From Nonlabens ponticola (lineage in GTDB: Bacteria; Bacteroidota; Bacteroidia; Flavobacteriales; Flavobacteriaceae), in the NCBI RefSeq assembly GCF_003966335.1, contig NZ_CP034549.1, positions 300,001 through 332,000 of the forward strand: DNA of 32,000 bases, written 5' to 3'. The notes under the pieces are model-generated. The model searched no databases. It had not been told where the DNA came from and saw nothing but the letters and a program-made list of their open reading frames with translations. How positions within the stretch are numbered: the first letter of the stretch is position 1; each line of letters opens with the position of its first letter. Position numbers and translations under genes: made by a program. Shown here one piece after another: positions 8,876 to 18,676 of the stretch.

Positions 8876-9733
8876 CTAATATTTGTATGCTTTATAGATC
8901 ACAACAATTTGATTAGTTCGATTGCTAGTACTTGACCCAGCCAAAAAATTATCGACATTAATTGTAAATCCATCACTGTCAAAGGTGGTAAGCGATGCAC
9001 TTATCAGTCCACTATTATCTTCTACGCCACTATTGTGTCCGTTATCGTGAATAGCCTCACCATTGTTGTTGGTAAACAAGGCAGCGAAACAATGTGATTC
9101 TGATGCATAAGTTCCTATACCATTAATACTAGAACCACTTATACCAGTTGCAATTGCTTGCTGATCGATAGCGCCAGAATTATTTTGAGCGTATCCAACA
9201 GTGAGTCCACCAGAAACCCTGATATCATTTGTGTTTGTAGCCAGCGTTCCATCAAGATTTTCTGCTGTCTTAAAACCAGCATTTACATTTTGTACTCTAT
9301 TAATAGCGGTGAATTCTATAGAACTAGGTCTAAAGCCTACTCCTGTAATGACCTTGTTACCCGATGCATCAATCAACATTTTTCCAAAATGAACCTGTTT
9401 TTCATTGGCCGTCACCAATGGCACAGCGTCATTCACCAATTGGTTCCATTGAGTACCTGTCCAAAAATAAAAACCTGGGCTACCTACTGTATCACCAGTA
9501 TTCCATACCATAGTACCAGCAGGAAGCGGCGTTGCAATAGCTGCTGTAGGATCTACTACAACTGGTGCTGCTGTTACAAGACTTGTAAGCTCTACTCTAG
9601 GAAGCAACACTCCTTGATTGGTAGAATTAATATCAAGTGCAGCTTGAGGAGTTATTGTGTTAATACCTACTTGTGCGTATGCTGTAGATACTAGAAGTAA
9701 TAAGATAAAGATGGTAGGAAATCCTCTTTTCAT
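8876..9733 (-). CDS. Secreted hypothetical protein with a conserved Bacteroidota N-terminal motif
   Basis: The signal peptide ends AYAQ and is followed by VGINTITPQAALDINSTNQGVLLPRV. The rest is rich in G, N, S and T. The long antisense ORF (9158..9694 +) is a shadow. Confidence 0.6.
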   Translation of the reverse strand: MKRGFPTIFILLLLVSTAYAQVGINTITPQAALDINSTNQGVLLPRVELTSLVTAAPVVVDPTAAIATPLPAGTMVWNTGDTVGSPGFYFWTGTQWNQLVNDAVPLVTANEKQVHFGKMLIDASGNKVITGVGFRPSSIEFTAINRVQNVNAGFKTAENLDGTLATNTNDIRVSGGLTVGYAQNNSGAIDQQAIATGISGSSINGIGTYASESHCFAALFTNNNGEAIHDNGHNSGVEDNSGLISASLTTFDSDGFTINVDNFLAGSSTSNRTNQIVVIYKAYKY

Positions 9734-9979
9734 TGTTAACTATTTGTTGATAACAAAGTTAAGAGACAACGCTATTCATCTGAATATTTGATTATTTAAC
9801 TTTACGAAAACGATAATAATTAGACTAAGTGACTGTTTTCATAGATATAGTGCGTATCTATTTTAAACACTTATTGATAAATGTTATTTGTTTACATGCT
9901 GTAAACAAGCTTTATTTGAGTTGAAACACATGAAAAACGGGCTGAAAAGATCAATCGACACGTTAAATAGGTTGATCAG

Positions 9980-11056
9980 TCAATTTTGAATAGATAAAAT
10001 TCTAAGTAGTTTACTTACATCATCGATGGTATTAAAATGAGCAAAACTCACTCTAATACCTTCGCCACGCAGTGAACACAAAATGTTGTTTGACCTAAGG
10101 CGCTGCATCAACTCTACGTCACCCTTTATATTAATTATGGATGAGTGCGTTTTTCTTTTCGCTAGCTGTGAATTGATCATTCCTGTATCCAATAGATGTT
10201 GCCTTGCATGTGAAGCTAGCTTTGCCTGTTGCAATTCAATATTTCTCAAGCCGTAATCAGTCGCAAACTGAATGGCGTGTTGCAACCCACCATAAGCGAG
10301 CAAATCTTGATGACCTGGCTCAAAATGTCCTATAAAACTACCGCGATCCTTACTGCCTTGGACACTATTAAAACCAATATGTGCTGGCTTGATGCGCTCT
10401 ATCGCGTCCTCCTTAAAAATCATGTAAGCATTCCCATCGCCTGCATGTAACCATTTATAGCAACTTGCCGCTAGGATATCTATTTTGCTTTCGCGAAAGC
10501 TAAATTCAAAAGCGCCCGTAAACTGCGTACCGTCTGCAATCACAATCATATCAGGATATTGCACCTTGAGCTCGTCGATAAAATCAAGATCAATCTTGAT
10601 ACCAGTAATGTATTGAACCAGCGACAAAGCCAGCACATCTGGACGATGCTTGCGACAGGCGTCTGCAATGTGATCTTCTACCTTATGATCTAGCGTCGCA
10701 TAAACGCAATCGAAACCTCGCGCCTGCACTGGCCAATTGATCGATGGATAATCACCGTCAACGAGCAGGAATTTCAACGATTTATCCATGCCGTCCAGTA
10801 ACGTATTGAATCCTATGGAAAAGTTGGGAATCAGCGCGGTCAAATGCTCGTCTGCATCCAGGAACTGGGCTACTGTGGATCGCACATTGTCCATAAACCC
10901 AGCTGGATCGCTCCAGACTTCGCTACCTTCTATCGTCATGCGATGCAATAAATCGTTTTTGTACGCCTTTAAACCCGTACTCACCAGGCCGTGCGCCGCA
11001 GTATTGAGGTAAGTGTAGTTGTCCAGGACTGGATATAGCTCTTTTAATTTATGCAT
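9980..11056 (-). CDS. Aminotransferase class V-fold PLP-dependent enzyme (cysteine desulfurase/epimerase-like)
   Basis: The start reads YLNTAAHG. ADGTQ and SCYKW (candidate PLP lysine) motifs are present, and the length is about 358 aa. Confidence 0.75.
   Translation of the reverse strand: MHKLKELYPVLDNYTYLNTAAHGLVSTGLKAYKNDLLHRMTIEGSEVWSDPAGFMDNVRSTVAQFLDADEHLTALIPNFSIGFNTLLDGMDKSLKFLLVDGDYPSINWPVQARGFDCVYATLDHKVEDHIADACRKHRPDVLALSLVQYITGIKIDLDFIDELKVQYPDMIVIADGTQFTGAFEFSFRESKIDILAASCYKWLHAGDGNAYMIFKEDAIERIKPAHIGFNSVQGSKDRGSFIGHFEPGHQDLLAYGGLQHAIQFATDYGLRNIELQQAKLASHARQHLLDTGMINSQLAKRKTHSSIINIKGDVELMQRLRSNNILCSLRGEGIRVSFAHFNTIDDVSKLLRILSIQN
10487..10500. repeat. Copy 4 of the iterated palindrome, inside the aminotransferase CDS
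   Basis: Perfect 14-mer, read on the minus strand as F-SFRES-K. Confidence 0.95.
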
Positions 11057-11086
11057 TTGATAAGGTAAATAATCTGTGGCGTTGGG

Positions 11087-11094
11087 TACATTTG
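11087..11094 (+). promoter_or_regulatory. Candidate Bacteroidota -7 box (TACATTTG, matching TAnnTTTG)
   Basis: It matches the known Bacteroidota sigma-A -7 consensus and lies 19 nt upstream of ATG 11113. It overlaps the TTG at 11092, which argues against that longer start. Confidence 0.35.
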
Positions 11095-11112
11095 ATTATA
11101 AAAGTAACTCAA

Positions 11113-12015
11113 ATGTTTAGCAACAAAAAAAAGCAAACACCTGGTATAGATCCAGATCAAAAAGAGATGATTGACAATGCCCGATTGCGTATCAAGCAAA
11201 AACGTGGGCTATTCTCTCATTTTATAGTATTCCTGGTAGGGTCTGTAGGGTTGATAGTGGTAAGCCAATTTTTCATAAAAAGTGAGATACCGCAATTACT
11301 GGGTATTGATTGGTGGATCTGGATCATTTTTGCATGGGCGCTTATTTTGCTGTATCACTTATTTAAAGTTTACGTGACCCAAAAACTTCTAGGACCAGAC
11401 TGGGAAAAACGACAGTATGACAAACTAGTAAGCAAGCAACAGGATCGCATCAATAAATTACAAGGCAAAGTAGAGAAAGATTATCCACTGCCTGATGCCA
11501 AGGTCGTCATCACACCCACAAAAAACTACCGAGAAGTCACCATGATTGCCGCGGCAGGCAACGATGACGGTTTGGGAAAAGATGGGCAGCTTGTATGGCA
11601 TTTACCTGATGATTTTAAACGCTTCAAGAGACTTACTACCGGGCATCATATTATCATGGGTCGCAAGACCTTTGACAGCTTTGATAAGCCGTTGCCTAAT
11701 CGCACGCACATCGTACTTACCAGAGATAAAAGCTACACCAGTGATCATGCCATCATTTGCCATGACATGGATACCGCGCTGGCAGCAGCTAGTGATGATC
11801 CACAACCATTTATCATAGGCGGCGGCGAGATCTACAAATTGGGCTTGCCCTATGCAGACAAGATCGAACTCACCAGAGTACACGGCTCTTTCACTACCGA
11901 CGCTCATTTTCCCGAAATTGATGAGTCCAAATGGAAACTGGTCAATAGCCTACACCACCCAGCAGACGATAAGCACAAGTACAGCTTTGACTATGAGACT
12001 TGGGTAAGGAAGTAG
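11113..12015 (+). CDS. folA: In-frame fusion of a 2TM membrane module with dihydrofolate reductase. The DHFR part could alternatively start at ATG 11542.
   Basis: The N-terminus has two hydrophobic helices (FSHFIVFLVGSVGLIVV, WWIWIIFAWALILLYHLF) followed by a charged linker. The C-terminus carries DHFR motifs: MIAAAGNDDGLGKDGQLVWHLPDDFKRFKRLTTGHHIIMGRKTFDSF and PFIIGGGEIY. There is no stop codon between the two parts. Confidence 0.75.
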   Translation: MFSNKKKQTPGIDPDQKEMIDNARLRIKQKRGLFSHFIVFLVGSVGLIVVSQFFIKSEIPQLLGIDWWIWIIFAWALILLYHLFKVYVTQKLLGPDWEKRQYDKLVSKQQDRINKLQGKVEKDYPLPDAKVVITPTKNYREVTMIAAAGNDDGLGKDGQLVWHLPDDFKRFKRLTTGHHIIMGRKTFDSFDKPLPNRTHIVLTRDKSYTSDHAIICHDMDTALAAASDDPQPFIIGGGEIYKLGLPYADKIELTRVHGSFTTDAHFPEIDESKWKLVNSLHHPADDKHKYSFDYETWVRK

Positions 12016-12016
12016 G

Positions 12017-12047
12017 TGACAGTTGACAGTTGACAGTTGACAGTTGA
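12017..12047. repeat. Perfect heptamer tandem repeat, (TGACAGT)x4 plus TGA
   Basis: Read directly from the sequence. It starts 2 nt after the folA stop and creates four phased TTGACA hexamers upstream of fabD. Confidence 0.95.
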
Positions 12048-12100
12048 ATGATAAATTAAAAATTCGGATTAGCTTAAATTCGCACTTACAAACAAATCAC

Positions 12101-12982
12101 ATGAAAGCATACGTATTTCCAGGTCAAGGCGCTCAATTTACAGGAATGGGTAAAGACCTATATGATAATTATGAGCAGGCGCGTACTTTATTTCACAAGG
12201 CAAACGAAGTTCTAGGTTTTGATATTTCAAAAATCATGTTTGAAGGAACTGCCGAGGAACTTAAAGAAACCAAGGTAACCCAACCAGCGGTGTTCTTGCA
12301 CAGTGTTATTTTGGCAAGAGTCATGGGAACCAGCTTTAAACCGGATATGGTTGCTGGTCATAGTTTAGGTGAACTTAGCGCACTTACTGCAGTCGGTGCC
12401 TTGAGTTTTACCGACGGTTTAAAACTAGTTTCAGAACGTGCACTTGCTATGCAGGAAGCCTGTGAAATGCAGCGCAGCACCATGGCGGCTATTTTAGGAT
12501 TACCAGATGACACGGTAGAAAACGTTTGTAAGGAAATTGAAGGAACCGTGGTAGCAGCCAACTATAATTGTCCAGGCCAATTGGTGATTTCGGGAGACGT
12601 ACCAGCCGTAGAAATGGCCTGCGAAATCCTTAATGAAAAAGGTGCAAAACGTGCCTTGATATTACCCGTTGGTGGCGCGTTTCATAGTCCATTGATGGAA
12701 CCAGCACGTGAGCGACTGGCGAAAGCCATCGATGCTACTGAGTTTGAGAAACCTATGTGTCCGATTTATCAGAATGTGACAACATTACCAGTAACCGCAA
12801 CAGACGATATCATTACCAACTTAATATACCAACTCACAGCACCAGTAAAATGGACCCAATCCATTCAAGAGATGATCAAAGATGGCGCTACTGAGTTTAT
12901 TGAAGTAGGTCCAGGAAGAGCTTTACAAGGAATGATCAAGAAGATTGATCGTGAGATTGAGGTGAGTCAGGCTGCGGTGTAA
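12101..12982 (+). CDS. fabD: Malonyl CoA-acyl carrier protein transacylase
   Basis: The start reads MKAYVFPGQGAQ. The GHSLGE nucleophile elbow and GAFHSPLM are present. The track ORF start at 12044 is a TTG inside the repeat, and ATG 12101 fits the canonical FabD N-terminus. Confidence 0.92.
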   Translation: MKAYVFPGQGAQFTGMGKDLYDNYEQARTLFHKANEVLGFDISKIMFEGTAEELKETKVTQPAVFLHSVILARVMGTSFKPDMVAGHSLGELSALTAVGALSFTDGLKLVSERALAMQEACEMQRSTMAAILGLPDDTVENVCKEIEGTVVAANYNCPGQLVISGDVPAVEMACEILNEKGAKRALILPVGGAFHSPLMEPARERLAKAIDATEFEKPMCPIYQNVTTLPVTATDDIITNLIYQLTAPVKWTQSIQEMIKDGATEFIEVGPGRALQGMIKKIDREIEVSQAAV

Positions 12983-13033
12983 AAGTTGCCTAAAGAGATC
13001 CGAGATGGTAAAAGATTTATTTCATGGTCTAAC

Positions 13034-13615
13034 TTATTGCCTTACAAAATTTAGACCTGTATTTACTGGAAAATAAGGCTCTATTGCGCCATTAGAACAT
13101 TCATCACCCGTTATCCACAGACTTTCTAAAAGCATAAGCTCTAGATAAAGTGTTTTTCTATTGGTAAGCTGTTCGGTTTCAAGAAGAATTCCCCATTCAT
13201 AATTTGCTTCGCACTCACGCCGATTATAAAAAAAAGAATAAGAACCATCTGGAAATAAGCTGTAGCCTATTCCAGAAAGAACTGCATTACCAGTTTGTCG
13301 TGTATCAATTATCAGATTATCATTTTCATCTCTAATCCTATAATCTAAAATCAGTGCATCAATTTCGTCAAAGATTCCATTATTGATTGTGTTTTTTGAA
13401 ATAAAAACGTCAAATTTTTTCCGGCTATGCACAGCAGACCAATGACCTACAAAAACATCGAGGCTGTTATTACTATCCACGATTTTTTGAATATTCGCAG
13501 GAACAAGTCGATTTGAATCTGATAATATTTCACCGTAATCTTCGACAGTTAGCGTTTGAGAAAAACTAATTGTAATAACAATAAACAAAAAAGCGAATGC
13601 TAACGTCATCTTCAT
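13034..13615 (-). CDS. Secreted hypothetical protein, paralog A (ends ...FVRQ)
   Basis: It has a signal peptide. Segments FVGHWSAV..FDVFISK and IDTRQTG resemble the neighbouring ORF, and the region is AT-rich. Confidence 0.6.
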   Translation of the reverse strand: MKMTLAFAFLFIVITISFSQTLTVEDYGEILSDSNRLVPANIQKIVDSNNSLDVFVGHWSAVHSRKKFDVFISKNTINNGIFDEIDALILDYRIRDENDNLIIDTRQTGNAVLSGIGYSLFPDGSYSFFYNRRECEANYEWGILLETEQLTNRKTLYLELMLLESLWITGDECSNGAIEPYFPVNTGLNFVRQ

Positions 13616-13722
13616 GCCTATGAAGATACCAAAAACATATATGGGCCGAAAAAGCTATTTAATTCAAAATAAGCTTTTAATTTTCTTTAAAGACCCTTAA
13701 ATCTGTGTATCGACAAATCTAA

Positions 13723-14337
13723 TTACTGCCTTACAAAAAGATAATCCTCTTGCCAAGGTAAATCTATCTCAGGAAGAGACTCGCCAATTTGAAGATGGCC
13801 TAAAAACTCAAATACCATCTCGCCTATCAACAGCTCTTGTCCTAAACTTCTATTGACAGCTGGCTTATGTAAGCTAATAGTACCCAAAGGACGGTCAACG
13901 TTTGGTATGTCTATTCTAAGCACGAATCTTGGTTCACCATCTCTGCAATTTTTAGCATTTAAATACCAACAATTATAAACTATGGAATTACCATGAATCA
14001 AATGAGCTCTACCCGATCTAGTGTCTAGTAAGTTCAAGCTGTTTACTTTTTCTATTCCATTTTGAACAAAGCGGTACTCACCTACCAACATATCTTTAAA
14101 ACTTCCATTGAAAGGTACTCTTTCCTCTTTCTTGATAAATAATGTGAATTGATTATCACCATCATCATGGATCCAAGTACCTAAAAAATAATCCATCTCA
14201 TTATCTAAATCCTTATAATAATTGCCAGAAACGCCGATATTATAAAAGTTGTCTTCCGATAAAGGTTCTGTTGTCTGAGAATAACATTCTACCATTGAGA
14301 ATGTAAACAAAAACATAGTCAGTCTAACGATGTTCAT
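13723..14337 (-). CDS. Secreted hypothetical protein, paralog B (ends ...FVRQ)
   Basis: It has a signal peptide. FLGTWIHD..FTLFIKK, LDTRSG and the identical C-terminal FVRQ match 13034..13615. Confidence 0.6.
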   Translation of the reverse strand: MNIVRLTMFLFTFSMVECYSQTTEPLSEDNFYNIGVSGNYYKDLDNEMDYFLGTWIHDDGDNQFTLFIKKEERVPFNGSFKDMLVGEYRFVQNGIEKVNSLNLLDTRSGRAHLIHGNSIVYNCWYLNAKNCRDGEPRFVLRIDIPNVDRPLGTISLHKPAVNRSLGQELLIGEMVFEFLGHLQIGESLPEIDLPWQEDYLFVRQ

Positions 14338-14413
14338 ACGATGAAGGTAATCAAATAGTATTCAATTACTTCACCTTAAGAAACGAGCAGAAAGTGGATG
14401 GTTTCGACACAAT

Positions 14414-14442
14414 AAAAAAAGCGACCTCATCGAGATCGCTTT
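14414..14442 (-). terminator. Rho-independent terminator of sucAB
   Basis: On the minus strand, an AAAGCGATCTC / GAT / GAGGTCGCTTT stem (10 of 11 bp paired) is followed by TTTTTTT. It lies about 65 nt downstream of the sucB stop. Confidence 0.65.
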
Positions 14443-14508
14443 TCTTCTTACTTAAATATTCTAACGTTCTAACATAGTTTTCGACTATGCTCGAATAAGT
14501 ATTGAAAT

Positions 14509-15801
14509 CTATAATTCCAGCGCCTTCTTCACATCATTATCCATCAACAGTTCGATTGGGTTTTCTAACGCTTCCTTGATGGCAACTAAGAAGCCTACGG
14601 ACTCTTTACCATCGATGATTCTGTGATCATAAGAAACGGCTAGATACATCATAGGCCGTGCAACAATCTCTCCATCGATTACTACTGGTCGCTCGATGAT
14701 GTTATGCATTCCCAAAATCGCACTTTGCGGTGGATTGATGATAGGTGTGCTCATCATACTTCCAAAAACGCCACCATTAGTAATGGTAAACGTTCCACCT
14801 GTCATTTCGTCCACGGTGATGTTTCCATCACGCGCTCTTAATGCAAGACGTTTTACTTCTTGCTCTACACCTCTAAAGGATAGATTTTCAGCATTTCTAA
14901 TTACGGGCACCATCAATCCCTTAGGACCTGATACGGCGATGGAAATATCTGCAAAATCATAAGAAATCATTTCTTTGCCATCAATCATACTGTTGACTGC
15001 TGGATACATCTCTAGTGCTCTTACTACTGCTTTAGTGAAGAAAGACATGAAGCCTAGCGACACGCCGTGTTTTGCTTTAAAGGAATCCTTATACTCCGTA
15101 CGCAATGCATAAATCGCATGCATGTCTGCCTCGTTAAAGGTCGTAAGCATAGCCGTTTCATTTTTGGCACTTACCAGACGCTCTGCGACCTTGCGGCGCA
15201 GCATGGATAGTTTCTTGCGAGACTCGCCTCGTGATCCAGATCCTGGCGTTCCCATAGATGGTTTGCCGTCAGCTTTTACAGCATCGTCCTTAGTGATGCG
15301 ACCATCACGGCCTGTACCTTGTACGCTCTTACTGTCAACGCCTTTCTCATCAAGGATTTTCTTGGCCGCAGGACTTGCGGTACCGCTGGCATAAGTTTCC
15401 TTAGCCTGCTTGGGCTGTGGTGCTTTCTCGCTGTTCTTCTTGTTTTTGGTATCCTCAAAGTCTTCTTTAAGATCTTCCTCGGCACTCTCGTCGCCGCCTT
15501 CATCACCACCTTCATAAGTTTCAGGAGCGTCCTCGACATCTTGAGAACCACCATTAGGATTAGGCGCTTCTGTATCAATCAGGCAAACAACCTCACCTAC
15601 GGCAACGGCATCGCCTTCTTCTGCCTTAAGCGTGATAATACCGCTAGCCTCAGCTGGTAATTCCAGTGTTGCCTTGTCGCTATCAACCTCTGCAATGGCC
15701 TGATCTTTCTCGACCCAATCGCCATCTGCAACCAGCCATTCTGCTATTTCTACTTCTGTAATCGACTCGCCTGGTGAAGGCACTTTCATTTCTAGAGCCA
15801 T
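14509..15801 (-). CDS. sucB: 2-oxoglutarate dehydrogenase E2, dihydrolipoyllysine-residue succinyltransferase
   Basis: It has a lipoyl domain ([13 protein letters not shown]), an acidic/Pro-rich linker, a PSBD-like segment ([13 protein letters not shown]) and the catalytic DHRIIDG. I chose the start at [13 protein letters not shown] (15801). The track start at 15834 would overlap sucA. Confidence 0.92.
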   Translation of the reverse strand: MALEMKVPSPGESITEVEIAEWLVADGDWVEKDQAIAEVDSDKATLELPAEASGIITLKAEEGDAVAVGEVVCLIDTEAPNPNGGSQDVEDAPETYEGGDEGGDESAEEDLKEDFEDTKNKKNSEKAPQPKQAKETYASGTASPAAKKILDEKGVDSKSVQGTGRDGRITKDDAVKADGKPSMGTPGSGSRGESRKKLSMLRRKVAERLVSAKNETAMLTTFNEADMHAIYALRTEYKDSFKAKHGVSLGFMSFFTKAVVRALEMYPAVNSMIDGKEMISYDFADISIAVSGPKGLMVPVIRNAENLSFRGVEQEVKRLALRARDGNITVDEMTGGTFTITNGGVFGSMMSTPIINPPQSAILGMHNIIERPVVIDGEIVARPMMYLAVSYDHRIIDGKESVGFLVAIKEALENPIELLMDNDVKKALEL

Positions 15802-15805
15802 AATA

Positions 15806-18565
15806 TTATTTGTTGGTATTAAATACGTCTTCAATTATTCTTGCCTGTCTTGCCTTTGATCTGGTTGCACTACCAGATGCTGGCGCGGCGTACATGTTTC
15901 TGGAGCATACGCGCCAGTTTCTTGTTTCTTCCATGTGCAACAATAGGTGTGCATAAGCTCCCATATTGCGCGGCTCTTCTTGAGCCCATACGATATCCTT
16001 GCTACCGTATTTCTTGATGGTCTTCTTGATATCTGCCACTGGTAGCGGGAACAATTGTTCTACTCTTACTAGAGCAACGTCGTTACGATCATGTTCTTCT
16101 CTATATTCCAGTAGGTCATAGTAGAATTTTCCACTGGTGAATACTAGGGTTTTAGCTTTCGCGAAAGCGTCACCATCAACATCAATCACCTCTTTAAAAC
16201 TACCTTTTGTAAACTCCTCAATCGGGCTCACTGCACGTGGCGACCTCAATAACGATTTAGGGGTAAACACGACTAGTGGCTTGCGGTAATTGACCAACAT
16301 CTGGCGTCTCAACAGGTGAAACATGTTGGCTGGCGTGGTACAATTTGCCATAAACATATTGTCGCGTGCACACAGTTGTAAGTAACGCTCCATGCGGGCA
16401 CTACTATGTTCTGCGCCTTGACCTTCATAACCGTGTGGCAACAGCATCACGAGACCATTCTGGTTTTTCCATTTGTCCTCACCAGCACTGATGTACTGGT
16501 CAATCATGATTTGCGCACCGTTTGAGAAATCACCAAATTGTGCTTCCCATATCGTGAGCGTTTCTGGCTGTGCCATCGCATAACCGTACTCAAAACCTAC
16601 CACCGCATATTCTGACAGGTGTGAGTTATAAATCTCCATCTTTCCATCTGCATCCAGGTGGTTGTGTAGGATAAACTCGTTCTCGTGATTCTCTGACTTG
16701 ACCACCGCATGACGGTGAGAGAACGTTCCGCGCTCTACATCTTGTCCACTCATGCGCACATTGTAGCCATCCTGCATCAAGCTACCGTAGGCAAGATGCT
16801 CGCCCATGGCCCAATCCATCTTGTTGTCATCAAACATTTGCTGTCTAGACTCCACAATTTTCTTGATCTTGCGTATGAAGTTTTGATCTTCTGGCAGTTG
16901 GGAAATTACCTTAGTAATCTCCTGTAATTTTTTCTTTTCAACGCCCGTTTTGACTTTTTTCATCATGGCGTCCTCGGTAGCGGTCTCATAACCATCCCAT
17001 TCATCCTGCATGAACGGTGTGATGATGGTATTTTCCATCTGTCGTGAGGTAGCTAGCTCGTCTTCAAGACGGTCTTTGTAGACTTTCTCAAGCTCTTTTA
17101 CCTTGCCTTTATCAATGACATTTTCCTTGAGCAACTTGTCGGCATAAATATCACGCGAGTTTTTATGCTTGCTAATTGCTTTATACAATTGTGGTTGGGT
17201 AAATCTAGGCTCATCACCTTCATTATGACCGTACTTTCTATATCCTAATAGGTCAATAAACACATCCTTGCCAAATTCCATACGGTAATCCAGCGCAAAG
17301 TTCATCGCGTGTACTACAGCCTCGGCATCGTCTGCATTGACGTGAAGTACTGGCGATAACGTAACCTTAGCAATATCTGTGGAATAAGTAGATGATCGAC
17401 CATCCAGATAGTTGGTAGTAAAACCTACCTGGTTATTCACTACTAGGTGAATGGTACCAGCAGTTTTGTAGGCCTCGAGTTGTTCCATTTGAATCACCTC
17501 ATAAACGATACCTTGACCTGCAATAGCAGCATCACCGTGCAATACGATAGGCAAGACCTTGCTGGCATCATCTGGTGTGTGCATGTCTTGTTTGGCTCTG
17601 GTAATACCTTCAACAACAGCACCTACTGTTTCTAGGTGCGATGGATTGGGAACAATATTAATATTAATGTTGTTGCCGTTATCTGTCTTGCGCTTACTAG
17701 TATAACCCAAGTGATATTTTACATCACCATCAAAAATGTCCTGCTCATAATCCTTACCATCAAACTCTGAAAAAATGTCTTTTACTGGCTTACCAAAAAT
17801 ATTAGTCAATACATTCAATCGGCCACGGTGAGCCATTCCTAACACAAACTGGTCAACACCTTTATCGGCAGCATTCTCGATGAGAGAATCCAGTGCTGGA
17901 ATAAGTGACTCATTACCTTCTAGTGAGAAACGCTTTTGACCTACATATTTGGTATGCAGGAATGATTCAAAAGAAACGGCCTCGTTAAGCTTCTTGAGAA
18001 TCTGTACTTTTTGATCTTTATTAAAGTCTGGATGATTATTGTTGCGGTGCAACCAACTCTGGATCCACTTTACCTGTTCTGGTGAGCGCACATACATGTA
18101 CTCTACACCTATACTCTCACAATACACCTGCTTGAGGTGCGATATAATATTTTTAAGGCTGGTTTTACCGAGTCCTACCAGCTCGCCGCTTTCAAACTCT
18201 GTCGATAGATCTGCATCGCTCAATCCAAAATTTTCCAGATCCAACGTAGGCTGATATTGACGACGCTTGCGCACTGGATTGGTTTGTGTGAACAAATGGC
18301 CGCGTGTGCGGTAGCCATCGATCAATTGTACTACTTGAAACTCCTTACGCATCTGGTCTGGCACGCCTACAGATTGCTGGTCGCCAGCATTATCTCGATA
18401 AACTACCTGCGTCTCGCCATCGCCAGCAGACTCCATCCCAAAATCAAAGCCTTGAAAAAAGGCACGCCACGACGGCTCGACCTGATCTGGATTTATTAAA
18501 TATTCATCGTAAAGTTGTGCAAAGTAGGCAGTGTGTGCTGCGTTCAGAAAAGAAAATCTATCCAT
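15806..18565 (-). CDS. sucA: 2-oxoglutarate dehydrogenase E1 component
   Basis: The 919-aa protein starts [53 protein letters not shown] and the C-terminal E1 signature region are present. Its stop lies 4 nt before the sucB start. Confidence 0.95.
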   Translation of the reverse strand: MDRFSFLNAAHTAYFAQLYDEYLINPDQVEPSWRAFFQGFDFGMESAGDGETQVVYRDNAGDQQSVGVPDQMRKEFQVVQLIDGYRTRGHLFTQTNPVRKRRQYQPTLDLENFGLSDADLSTEFESGELVGLGKTSLKNIISHLKQVYCESIGVEYMYVRSPEQVKWIQSWLHRNNNHPDFNKDQKVQILKKLNEAVSFESFLHTKYVGQKRFSLEGNESLIPALDSLIENAADKGVDQFVLGMAHRGRLNVLTNIFGKPVKDIFSEFDGKDYEQDIFDGDVKYHLGYTSKRKTDNGNNININIVPNPSHLETVGAVVEGITRAKQDMHTPDDASKVLPIVLHGDAAIAGQGIVYEVIQMEQLEAYKTAGTIHLVVNNQVGFTTNYLDGRSSTYSTDIAKVTLSPVLHVNADDAEAVVHAMNFALDYRMEFGKDVFIDLLGYRKYGHNEGDEPRFTQPQLYKAISKHKNSRDIYADKLLKENVIDKGKVKELEKVYKDRLEDELATSRQMENTIITPFMQDEWDGYETATEDAMMKKVKTGVEKKKLQEITKVISQLPEDQNFIRKIKKIVESRQQMFDDNKMDWAMGEHLAYGSLMQDGYNVRMSGQDVERGTFSHRHAVVKSENHENEFILHNHLDADGKMEIYNSHLSEYAVVGFEYGYAMAQPETLTIWEAQFGDFSNGAQIMIDQYISAGEDKWKNQNGLVMLLPHGYEGQGAEHSSARMERYLQLCARDNMFMANCTTPANMFHLLRRQMLVNYRKPLVVFTPKSLLRSPRAVSPIEEFTKGSFKEVIDVDGDAFAKAKTLVFTSGKFYYDLLEYREEHDRNDVALVRVEQLFPLPVADIKKTIKKYGSKDIVWAQEEPRNMGAYAHLLLHMEETRNWRVCSRNMYAAPASGSATRSKARQARIIEDVFNTNK
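16155..16168. repeat. Copy 5 of the iterated palindrome, inside sucA
   Basis: Perfect 14-mer, read on the minus strand as D-AFAKA-K. Confidence 0.95.
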
Positions 18566-18676
18566 AAAGTATTCGGGAATTTTCCCGCTTTCAATAGTTA
18601 TTGCAAAAATAAAGAATTGCTCGTGCCCTAGGCAACCTTTTGTATATTTATAACGATTGCCCTAATATAGCACGCT

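Noticed and set aside
9158-9694. A 178-aa plus-strand ORF, and many other 60-190-aa ORFs antisense to long genes. Examples are 141..419, 4241..4525, 15276..15578, 15319..15660, 27459..27914 and 27904..28470.
   Set aside because: All lie fully inside well-supported CDSs on the opposite strand or in another frame. Their composition is odd (Cys/Ser/Arg-rich or low complexity) and they have no recognisable motifs. They are shadow ORFs.
9888-9908. A hairpin, TTGTTTACA-TGC-TGTAAACAA, in the 246-bp AT-rich spacer, plus a weaker one at 9841-9861.
   Set aside because: It could be the terminator of the aminotransferase gene, but it lacks a U-tract, and AT-rich palindromes arise easily in such DNA. The support is too weak to call a feature.
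11092-11112. The TTG start for the 2TM-DHFR ORF.
   Set aside because: The TTG lies within the candidate TAnnTTTG -7 box, and ATG 11113 follows at an appropriate distance.
12017-12047. Whether the heptamer array could be a CRISPR or a mobile-element end.
   Set aside because: The units are 7 bp and directly abutting, with no spacers. There are no cas or transposase genes. It is a simple tandem repeat.
12044-12100. The TTG-initiated 19-aa N-terminal extension of fabD.
   Set aside because: It starts inside the heptamer repeat. The canonical FabD N-terminus MKAYVFPGQG begins at ATG 12101.
15802-15834. The longer sucB start ([18 protein letters not shown]...) given in the ORF track.
   Set aside because: It would overlap the 3' end of sucA by 29 nt. 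The lipoyl domain begins right at [13 protein letters not shown], and that start gives a tidy 4-nt sucA-sucB spacer.
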